A DNA stretch of 64,000 nt from positions 1,312,001 through 1,376,000 of the forward strand of contig OZ252098.1 in NCBI GenBank assembly GCA_965248355.1. Reading direction: 5' to 3'. This DNA is from Candidatus Latescibacterota bacterium. Its GTDB lineage: Bacteria > Latescibacterota > UBA2968 > UBA8231. Under the pieces are notes generated by a model. The model made no database searches. It worked only from the letters and a program-made list of their open reading frames with translations, and had not been told where the DNA came from. The position numbers and the translations under genes were made by a program. Positions 56,784 to 64,000 of this stretch are shown piece by piece; position 1 is the first letter of the stretch; every line of letters starts with the position of its first letter.

Positions 56784-57701
56784 TCAGACCCGCAGCCGCT
56801 CGAGCTCGTCCTCGGAGAGCTCGTCGTCCCCGGCGGCGGCGTTCATGGCGGCCTGCTCCGGCGATTTGGCGCCCGGGATGGCCACGGGGTTCACGGGGTG
56901 GGAGATGACGTAGCGCAGGGCAGTGGAGACCATGTCCTGGGGCTCCACCCGTTCCCGCAGCCGGTCCACCTGCCGCAGTTGCTCCAGGTACTGCTCGCGG
57001 CCCTGCCCCCCCTCGTTGTACCCGGCGCGGATGTCGTCGGTGAAGACCGACCCCGGGTTGTAGCGCCCCGACAGCAGGCCCTTGGCCAGCGGCCCCCGCA
57101 CCATGACCGCGATCTGCTGGGCCCGGCAGTAGGGCAGCAACTCGGCCTCGCAGCGGCGCTGGATGATCGACCAGTCCACCTGCACGACCTTGCAGCCCCC
57201 GTCGCGGTTGAAGCGCTTGAGCACCTCCAGGCTGTTGGTGGAGATGCCGAAGCAGCGCAGCCGGCCCTCCTCCTGCAGGGCCCGGAATCCGTCGAGGTAG
57301 ACCGACGGATCCTCGATGCCGCCGTCGTGGCAGAGCAGGACGTCGTGGTAGTCGGTGCGCAGCCGGTGCAGGGAGGCGTGGGCGCAGAGGCGGATCATGT
57401 CCACCGAGGTCTTGGGCACGTCCTGGCCGCTGCGCTTGCCCCAGTTGCCGATCTTGCTGACCACGAGGACATCGTGGCGAAGGCCGCCCAGGGCCCGGCC
57501 AAGGCGCTCCTCGGAGAGGCCGTTGGGGAGGCCGTAGGACTCGGCCGTGTCGAAGAGGTTCACCCCGTGGTCGCGGGCGGCCCTCACGGTGGCGAAGGCC
57601 GTGGGGTCGTCCACCGGCCCCCACTGGTTGCCGATGTTCCAGGTCCCGAGGCCCACGGCCGAGACCTTCCATCCCGTGCGTCCGAAGTCCCGGTACAGCA
57701 T
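56784..57701 (-). CDS. Aldo/keto reductase
   Basis: GGAGG RBS, GLGTW, FDTAESYG, SLHRLRTDY, IPGAKS. Confidence 0.92.
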   Translation of the reverse strand: MLYRDFGRTGWKVSAVGLGTWNIGNQWGPVDDPTAFATVRAARDHGVNLFDTAESYGLPNGLSEERLGRALGGLRHDVLVVSKIGNWGKRSGQDVPKTSVDMIRLCAHASLHRLRTDYHDVLLCHDGGIEDPSVYLDGFRALQEEGRLRCFGISTNSLEVLKRFNRDGGCKVVQVDWSIIQRRCEAELLPYCRAQQIAVMVRGPLAKGLLSGRYNPGSVFTDDIRAGYNEGGQGREQYLEQLRQVDRLRERVEPQDMVSTALRYVISHPVNPVAIPGAKSPEQAAMNAAAGDDELSEDELERLRV

Positions 57702-57823
57702 CAGATCCTCTCCTCCGAGGTATATTCCCTGGTCATGGAACGGCCATCCCAAGCGCGCGGCCCGAATCTAAGACCGCCCCCGGCCCGGCACCACGACCGC
57801 GGCGCCGGGCCCGCCGCCGCCCC

Positions 57824-58882
57824 GTGAGGGTCGCCCTCCTGCTCTCCGGCGGCGTCGACAGCTCCGTCGCCCTGCGCCTGCTCCAGGAGTCGGGAGAGCA
57901 CGAGATCACCGCCTTCTACCTGAAGGTCTGGCTCGAGGACGAGGTCCACACCTTCGCCGGCGACTGCCCCTGGGAGGAGGACCTGCGCTACGTGCGCGCC
58001 ACCTGCGAGGCCGCCGGCGTGCCCCTGCGGATCGTGCCTCTGCAGGCGGAGTACCACGAGCGCGTCGTCGAGCAGGTCCTCTCCGAGCTGCGCCGCGGCG
58101 GCACCCCGAGTCCGGACATCCTCTGCAACCGGCGCATCAAGTTCGGCGCCTTCCTCGACCATCTGGGGGACTCCGCCGGCCAGGTCGCCTCCGGCCACTA
58201 CGCCCGCGTCGAGCGGGGCGCCGGCGGCCGCTGCCGCCTGCTGCGCGGCGCCGACCCGGTCAAGGACCAGACCTACTTCCTCTCCCACCTGACCCAGGCC
58301 CAGCTCTCCCGCCTGCTCTTCCCGGTGGGCCACCTGGCCAAGAGCGAGGTGCGCCGCCTGGCCCGCGATTTCGACCTGCCGGCGCGCCAGCGCCCGGACA
58401 GCCAGGGGATCTGCTTCCTGGGCAAGATCGACTACCGGGAGTTCGTCGAATTCCAGCTGGGTCGGCGGCCGGGGGCGATCGTCGACGCCGACACGGGACG
58501 GCGCCTCGGCGACCACCAGGGCTACTGGTTCTACACCATCGGCCAGCGCTTCGGCCTCGGTCTGGGCGGCGGCCCATGGTACGTGGTGGGCAAGGAGGTC
58601 GAGGAGAACGTGATCCGTGTCGTCCACGGCGACCGCCGGCGGGAGCGCAGCCGCCGCGTCCTCGAGGTGGCCGGGGCCAACTGGATCGACGCGCCGCCCT
58701 CCGCGGAGAGGCTGCAGGTCCGGCTCCGCCACGGGCCCGGGAGCACCGGTTGCCGCCTGGCGCAGGTCGGGCCCGACCGCTGGCGCCTCACCCTCGACGA
58801 GGCCGACCCCGGGGTGGCCCCCGGCCAGCACGCCGTGCTCTACGACGGCGAGGTCTGCCTCGGCGGCGCCGTCATCTGCTGA
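57824..58882 (+). CDS. mnmA: tRNA-specific 2-thiouridylase
   Basis: SGGVDS, TPSPDILCN, SGHYA, KDQTYFL, SQGICF, TIGQR, PGQ. Confidence 0.96.
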   Translation: MRVALLLSGGVDSSVALRLLQESGEHEITAFYLKVWLEDEVHTFAGDCPWEEDLRYVRATCEAAGVPLRIVPLQAEYHERVVEQVLSELRRGGTPSPDILCNRRIKFGAFLDHLGDSAGQVASGHYARVERGAGGRCRLLRGADPVKDQTYFLSHLTQAQLSRLLFPVGHLAKSEVRRLARDFDLPARQRPDSQGICFLGKIDYREFVEFQLGRRPGAIVDADTGRRLGDHQGYWFYTIGQRFGLGLGGGPWYVVGKEVEENVIRVVHGDRRRERSRRVLEVAGANWIDAPPSAERLQVRLRHGPGSTGCRLAQVGPDRWRLTLDEADPGVAPGQHAVLYDGEVCLGGAVIC

Positions 58883-58884
58883 TC

Positions 58885-59664
58885 ATGGCGGCCATGGACA
58901 GGACCGGTCCCGAAGAGTTGGCGGCGCTGCTGCGCCCGGCCTTGCGGATCTTCCTGTTCACCGGCGCCGGGATCTCCACGGGCAGCGGCATCCCCGACTT
59001 CCGCGGGCCCCAGGGGGTGTGGAGGACCCGGCGCCCCGTGTACTACCACGACTTCCTGCGCTCCGAGGAGGCCCGCGTCGAGCACTGGGATTTCAAGCTC
59101 GAGGGCTGGCCCCTCTTCCGCGACGCCGCTCCGACCCCCGCCCACGACGCCATCGCCGCCCTGGAGCGGGCCGGCAAGGTGGCCCTCGTGGTCACCCAGA
59201 ATGTGGACGGACTGCACGCGCGGGCGGGCACCTCTCCGGAGCGGCTCGTGGAGATCCACGGCACCAACGCCGAGGTCGAGTGCCTCACCTGCGGGAGCCG
59301 CTCCGACCCGGAGCCGCATCTCGAGGCCTTCAGGCAGACGCGGGTCCCGCCCCGCTGCCCCTGCGGCGGGCTGCTGAAGACGGCCACCATCAGCTTCGGC
59401 CAGGACCTGGTGGCCGCCGACCTCGAGCGCGCCGCGGCCGGCGCCCGGTCCGCCGACCTGGCCGTCTCCCTCGGGTCGACGCTGTCCGTCCATCCCGCCG
59501 CCTCCCTGCCCCTGGCGGCGGCCTCGGGCGGTGCCCCCTACGTCGTCGTCAACCGCGGCGGCACCGAGCACGACGGGCGGCCCGAGGTCACCCTGCGCCT
59601 GGAGGGCGACGTGCAGGAGCTGTTCCCGCCGGCCGTGGAGGCGGCGCTGGCCGCCGGCGACTGA
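58885..59664 (+). CDS. Sir2/CobB NAD-dependent protein deacylase
   Basis: TGAGIS..SGIPDFR, TQNVDGLH, EIHG, CxxC...CxC, LGSTL. Confidence 0.92.
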   Translation: MAAMDRTGPEELAALLRPALRIFLFTGAGISTGSGIPDFRGPQGVWRTRRPVYYHDFLRSEEARVEHWDFKLEGWPLFRDAAPTPAHDAIAALERAGKVALVVTQNVDGLHARAGTSPERLVEIHGTNAEVECLTCGSRSDPEPHLEAFRQTRVPPRCPCGGLLKTATISFGQDLVAADLERAAAGARSADLAVSLGSTLSVHPAASLPLAAASGGAPYVVVNRGGTEHDGRPEVTLRLEGDVQELFPPAVEAALAAGD

Positions 59665-59725
59665 TCCGCTCCGAGCCCCTGCAGGCGCCGGACAGGCGGC
59701 CGCCGGTTCCCTATCTTCGGCCGCC

Positions 59726-60487
59726 ATGAAACCATCAGAGCACGACGCAGCGAACGACGACAGCCCCTACCGCGCCCTCTCGGCCGGGCAGGTCGAGGCC
59801 TTCCGGCGCAACGGGTTCGTGGTCCCCGGGGCCCGGCTGGAGGCGGAGGAGGCCGAGTCCCTGGGCCGCGAGTACGACCGCCTCTTCGCCGAGGCCCGCG
59901 GGTCCGAGCGCTACCGCAACCTCGCCGGCGAGGGCGCCGCCGAGGAGATGCTGCAGATCACCCAGCTCTGCGAGCGCAGCCTCGATTTCCGCCGCCTCCT
60001 CTATCACCCGCTCATCCTCGACGCGGTGGAGGACCTGCTCGGCCCCAACATCCAGCTCTTCCACGACCAGGCCCTGTACAAGCCCGCCCGCCACGGCGGC
60101 CCCATCCACTGGCACCAGGACAACGCCTACTGGCGGTGCCTGCCGGCGGACCTGGTGAGCTGCTGGCTCACTTTCGACGACGTGGACGCCGACAACGGCG
60201 CCATGCACCTGATCCCGGGCTCCCACCTGGCGCCGGTCGAGCACCGGCGCGGCGACGTCCTGCTCGACGCCGGCAGCGACGGCGCTGAAAGCGCCTTCGT
60301 CGCCGAGCTGCCGGCGGGCGGGATCATGTTCCACCACTGCCAGACCCTGCACCACACCCGGCCGAACCGCACCGGCCGGCGGCGGCGAGCCTTCGCCATG
60401 CACTACATGCGGCCGGGGACCCGATCCGCCAACGCCGGGGAGATGCCGATCAGCTTCTCCCGACCCTTGTTGCGCTGCCGCATCTGA
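59726..60487 (+). CDS. Phytanoyl-CoA dioxygenase (PhyH) family
   Basis: WHQD, NGAMHLIPGSH, LHHT..N...RR. Confidence 0.9.
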   Translation: MKPSEHDAANDDSPYRALSAGQVEAFRRNGFVVPGARLEAEEAESLGREYDRLFAEARGSERYRNLAGEGAAEEMLQITQLCERSLDFRRLLYHPLILDAVEDLLGPNIQLFHDQALYKPARHGGPIHWHQDNAYWRCLPADLVSCWLTFDDVDADNGAMHLIPGSHLAPVEHRRGDVLLDAGSDGAESAFVAELPAGGIMFHHCQTLHHTRPNRTGRRRRAFAMHYMRPGTRSANAGEMPISFSRPLLRCRI

Positions 60488-60495
60488 GCCCTCAC

Positions 60496-61950
60496 ATGAA
60501 GCCGCGCCCCGCCCCTCCCGGCGCCCTCCTCGACGATCTCCGGGCAATCCTCGGGGACCGTCTGAGCACCTCCGGCGCCGACCGCGAGGCGCGCGCCCGG
60601 GACGCCTCCCACCACCACCCGGCGGCGCCCGACGCCGTCGCCTTCCCCACCTCCACCGCGGAGGTCGCCCGCCTCCTGGCCGCCTGCCGCCGCCACCGCT
60701 TCCCCGTCATCCCCCACGGGGCCGGCACCGCCGTGGAAGGCGGGGTCGTCGCCGTGCATGGCGGCCTCTGCCTGGACCTGCGTCGCATGGACCGCATCCT
60801 CGAGGTGAACGGCGCCGACATGGACGCCCGCGTCGAGGCCGGCGTGCGCCGCAAGCAGCTGAACCGCCATCTCGAGGAGACCGGCACGGGGCTGCACTTC
60901 CCCGTCGACCCGGGGGCCGACGCCACCCTCGGGGGGATGGCCGCCACGCGCGCCTCCGGCACCGAGGCCGTGGGCTACGGCACCATGCGCGAGAACGTCC
61001 TCGGCCTGACGGCGGTGCTCGCCGACGGCCGCGTCGTGCGCACCGGCACGCGGGCCCGCAAGTCCGCCGCCGGATACGACCTGACCCGCCTGCTGGTCGG
61101 CTCCGAGGGCACCCTGGCGGTGATCACGGAGGTCGGCGTGCGCCTCGCCCCGGTGCCCCCGGCCCAGGCGGCCGCCGTCTGCCCCTTCCCCACGGTGGCG
61201 GCCGCCGTGGACTGCGTGCTCGAGCTGCTCCCGGGTCCGGCGCCGGTTCGCTGCGAGCTGCTCGACGAGGTGCAGATGGAGGCCGTGAGGCGCTACGCCG
61301 GGCTCGACTACGATCCGCTGCCGACCCTGTTCCTGGAGTTCCACGGCACGCCCGAAGGCGTCGAGGAGGCGGCCCTGGAATCGGACGGGATCGCCTCCCG
61401 CTTCGGTGGCGGGCCTTTCCGCTGGGCGATGGAGCGGGCCGAGCGGGAGCGTCTCTGGCAGGCCCGGCACGACGGCTACTACGCCAGCCTGGCCCTGCGC
61501 CCCGGCTCGGTGGGCTACGTGACCGATGTCTGCGTCCCCGTGTCGAGCCTGGCCGAGTGCATCGAGCGCGCCCGGCGGGACGTGGCCGCTGGCGAGCTGA
61601 CCGCCCCCCTCTTCGGGCACGTGGGCGACGGCAACTTCCACGTGGTGGTGCTCATCGACCCCGGCGATCCGCGGGAGCTGGCCGAGGCCCGCCGCCTCGG
61701 CGAGCGCATCGTCGATCACGCCCTGGCCCTGGGCGGCACCTGCAGCGGCGAGCACGGCATCGGCCTCGGCAAGGTCGAGGCCCTGGAGCGCGAGTGCGGC
61801 GAGGCCGTGGAGGTCATGGCCGCCATCAAGGCGGCCCTCGACCCGGCCGGCATCCTCAACCCGGGCAAGGTGCTGCGGCCCCGTGGGGATTGTGCTATCG
61901 TAGGCCGCCCCGAAGCCGCCCCGAACCTCAGCCAGGCCCCGAATCCATGA
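60496..61950 (+). CDS. FAD-linked oxidase, D-lactate dehydrogenase (cytochrome) / GlcD family
   Basis: GAGTAVEG, PVDPGADATLGG, GSEGTL, GHVGDGNFH, GEHGIG, LNPGK. Confidence 0.92.
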   Translation: MKPRPAPPGALLDDLRAILGDRLSTSGADREARARDASHHHPAAPDAVAFPTSTAEVARLLAACRRHRFPVIPHGAGTAVEGGVVAVHGGLCLDLRRMDRILEVNGADMDARVEAGVRRKQLNRHLEETGTGLHFPVDPGADATLGGMAATRASGTEAVGYGTMRENVLGLTAVLADGRVVRTGTRARKSAAGYDLTRLLVGSEGTLAVITEVGVRLAPVPPAQAAAVCPFPTVAAAVDCVLELLPGPAPVRCELLDEVQMEAVRRYAGLDYDPLPTLFLEFHGTPEGVEEAALESDGIASRFGGGPFRWAMERAERERLWQARHDGYYASLALRPGSVGYVTDVCVPVSSLAECIERARRDVAAGELTAPLFGHVGDGNFHVVVLIDPGDPRELAEARRLGERIVDHALALGGTCSGEHGIGLGKVEALERECGEAVEVMAAIKAALDPAGILNPGKVLRPRGDCAIVGRPEAAPNLSQAPNP

Positions 61951-63164
61951 AGATCACCGACGTCGAGACGATCCTGATCAACCCGAAGCTGGCGGCGCGC
62001 AACGCCGGCCAGAAGCCCCGCTTCAGCGGCATCGACACGCAGACGATCTACAAGGTCGTCCTCAATGACGGCGTCGTCGGCTGGGGGGACACGCGCGGCC
62101 ACGCCGCCATGTCCGACGCGGCCAAGGCGGCCCTTGTCGGCACGAACCCGGTCCCGCACCTCTCCGCCGATCATCCCACCGGGCTCCACGGCGCCCTCTA
62201 CGACGCCGTGGGCAAGAGCCTGGAGGTGCCCGCCCACGCCCTCATGGGCCGCAAGGTCCGCGACCGCGTCCCGGTGGCCGCCTGGACCCGCCCCGCCTCC
62301 CCGGAGGACCTGGCCGCCGAGGTGCAGCGCGCCGTGGACGAGGGCTACATGCTCTTCAAGGTCCACACCTGCGCCTACTACTGCGTCATCGAGCAGACCC
62401 GGGCCGTGGAGGACGTGGCGCCGGCCGGCTTCAAGATGCACTACGACTTCAACCACAACCGCACCTCGACCTCGGTGATGCGCCTCGTCGACGAGATCGA
62501 GAAGTCGTGGGTCGTGGGCGTGCTCGAGGACCCCCTCGTCTGGCGCGACGTCGACGGCTGGCGGCGGCTGCGCGAGAAGACCTCCCTGCCCCTGCTCATG
62601 CACGTGCCCGCCCTCGGCGCCGGCCCCGAGATCATCAACGGCTGCGCCGACCTCTACATGGTGGGCGAGCACGGCATCCCCCTCTCCATCCGCCGGGGCT
62701 ACGCCTGCGCCGAGGCCAACGTCTCCACCGTCATCCAGCTCACCGGGGGCACCCTGAGCAAGGCCCTGGGCCTGCACCTGGGCGCCGTCCTGCCCAACGT
62801 CAGCCACATGACCAACCTCGACGACCAGTACGACGAGGACGTCACCGGGGGCCGCATCGAGGTCGCCGAAGGCAGCTCCCCCGTCCCCCGAGGGCCCGGC
62901 CTCGGCGTCGACGTGGACGAGGCCGAGCTCGAGCGCATCCGCCGGAACCCGCAGACCGAGATCCCCCGGCACATCGGCGTCCTGCACATGCCGCGGGGCG
63001 GCCGCTACTACACGAGGGGCTATCCCGGCGTGGAGAGCATGACCGGCTTCCCCGAGGGCAACGTCCGGGGCATCCGCCTTCAGGTCTGGGAGGAGGACGG
63101 CTCGCAGGAGTGGCGGCAGCGATGGGAGAGCCTGGCCGGCGGCTGGGTGCTGGAGACGAGCTGA
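61947..63164 (+). CDS. Mandelate racemase / muconate lactonizing enzyme family, close paralog of 29010-30233
   Basis: ATGA overlap. AAWTRP, FKMHYDFNHNR, EDP, LDDQY, and the same C-terminal extension as 29010-30233. Confidence 0.88.
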   Translation: MKITDVETILINPKLAARNAGQKPRFSGIDTQTIYKVVLNDGVVGWGDTRGHAAMSDAAKAALVGTNPVPHLSADHPTGLHGALYDAVGKSLEVPAHALMGRKVRDRVPVAAWTRPASPEDLAAEVQRAVDEGYMLFKVHTCAYYCVIEQTRAVEDVAPAGFKMHYDFNHNRTSTSVMRLVDEIEKSWVVGVLEDPLVWRDVDGWRRLREKTSLPLLMHVPALGAGPEIINGCADLYMVGEHGIPLSIRRGYACAEANVSTVIQLTGGTLSKALGLHLGAVLPNVSHMTNLDDQYDEDVTGGRIEVAEGSSPVPRGPGLGVDVDEAELERIRRNPQTEIPRHIGVLHMPRGGRYYTRGYPGVESMTGFPEGNVRGIRLQVWEEDGSQEWRQRWESLAGGWVLETS

Positions 63165-64000
63165 CGGCGCCCGGCGCCGGTCCCGGGGCTCCCGGGACCG
63201 TCTTCGAGCCGGAGGTCGTCCCCCCCGGAGGAGACCTGGGCCGCTGCCTGTTCCTCGCCTTCCGCGGCGACCGCCTGCTCTTCCGCCCGGAGCCGGCGGA
63301 CGGCGACGGCCTGCTGCCGAAGGCGGCCTCCTTCGACGAGATCGGCCCCGCCGCCGGGGACCCCCACTACCTCGGCCGCCGCGGGGACCTCCACTGCTTC
63401 GCCGTGGCCCTGCGCGACGGCGCCGAGCCTCCGCCGGGTCTGGAACTGCAGGACCTGCGCAGCCTCTACGGCGCCCTCGACGAGGAGACCTTCCAGCTCG
63501 CCGGGCGCGCCTTCCAGATCCTCGACTGGGACCGCACCCACCGCTTCTGCGGCCGTTGCGGCGCCGCCACCGGACCCCACGAGAGCGACCGCGCCCGCCA
63601 GTGTCCGGCCTGCGGCCTGCTCTGCTTCCCGCGGGTGGCGCCGGCGGTCATCACCCTGATCCACAAGGGGGAGGAGTTCCTGCTGGCGCGCAACGCCCGC
63701 TTCCCCGAGGGCCGCTACTCGATCATCGCCGGCTTCGTCGAGCCCGGCGAGACCCTGGAGGAGGCCGTGGCCCGCGAGATCCGCGAGGAGGTGGGCCTGC
63801 AGGTCACGGAGATCGCCTACCAGTCCAGCCAGCCCTGGCCCTTCCCGCACTCCCTCATGGTGGGGTTCCGGGCGCGCTGGGCCGGCGGCGAGATCGCCAT
63901 CGACGACGAGGAGATCGTCGAGGCCGGCTGGTACAGCGCCCGCCGCCGGCCGCCCTCCCTGCCCGACCCGATCAGCATCTCCCGGCGCCTCATCGACGAC
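63122..64000 (+). CDS. nudC: NAD(H) diphosphatase, runs off the right edge; start uncertain (ATG 63122 or CTG 63161)
   Basis: Manual translation: FCGRCG...CPACG zinc ribbon, AGFVEPGETLEEAVAREIREEVG Nudix box, SQPWPFPHSLM. Confidence 0.9.
   Translation, partial: MGEPGRRLGAGDELTAPGAGPGAPGTVFEPEVVPPGGDLGRCLFLAFRGDRLLFRPEPADGDGLLPKAASFDEIGPAAGDPHYLGRRGDLHCFAVALRDGAEPPPGLELQDLRSLYGALDEETFQLAGRAFQILDWDRTHRFCGRCGAATGPHESDRARQCPACGLLCFPRVAPAVITLIHKGEEFLLARNARFPEGRYSIIAGFVEPGETLEEAVAREIREEVGLQVTEIAYQSSQPWPFPHSLMVGFRARWAGGEIAIDDEEIVEAGWYSARRRPPSLPDPISISRRLIDD

Noticed and set aside
58885..59664. Sirtuin as an antiphage effector
   Set aside because: Canonical zinc-binding CobB-type deacylase with native composition, located next to mnmA.

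Overview
A very GC-rich, gene-dense 64 kb stretch of bacterial chromosome. The gene content suggests an FCB-group heterotroph such as Ca. Latescibacterota, which is inference only: LptE, a FlgD-tailed M6 protease, secreted proteins ending in a 'T/S-x-W-G-x-L/V-K' tail, and many enolase-superfamily, PhyH, sulfatase and heparinase-like enzymes. Housekeeping genes (lipA, mnmG, adk, dusB, pyrD, folD, mnmA, nudC) are mixed with carbohydrate and small-molecule catabolic genes. The most notable feature is a tightly coupled seven-gene cobalamin methyl-transfer operon (7794-13530). It encodes a protein with two CGxxH repeats, a methanogen-type MtaA/CmuA methyltransferase, a corrinoid protein, a small 4-Cys protein, a RACo/RamA reductive activator, a stand-alone homocysteine methyltransferase and a 'Virulence_fact' domain protein. 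It lacks a folate (pterin)-binding module, and a frameshifted, truncated pterin-binding gene lies about 7 kb downstream. There are two decayed accessory regions. The first is a gene-fragment mosaic at about 19.7-22.2 kb. The second is a ruined type I restriction-modification/defence locus at about 43.0-49.6 kb, where hsdR is split by an IS3-family element and a frameshift. No rRNA, tRNA or CRISPR array was seen. All family assignments come from motif recognition by eye; no database searches were run.
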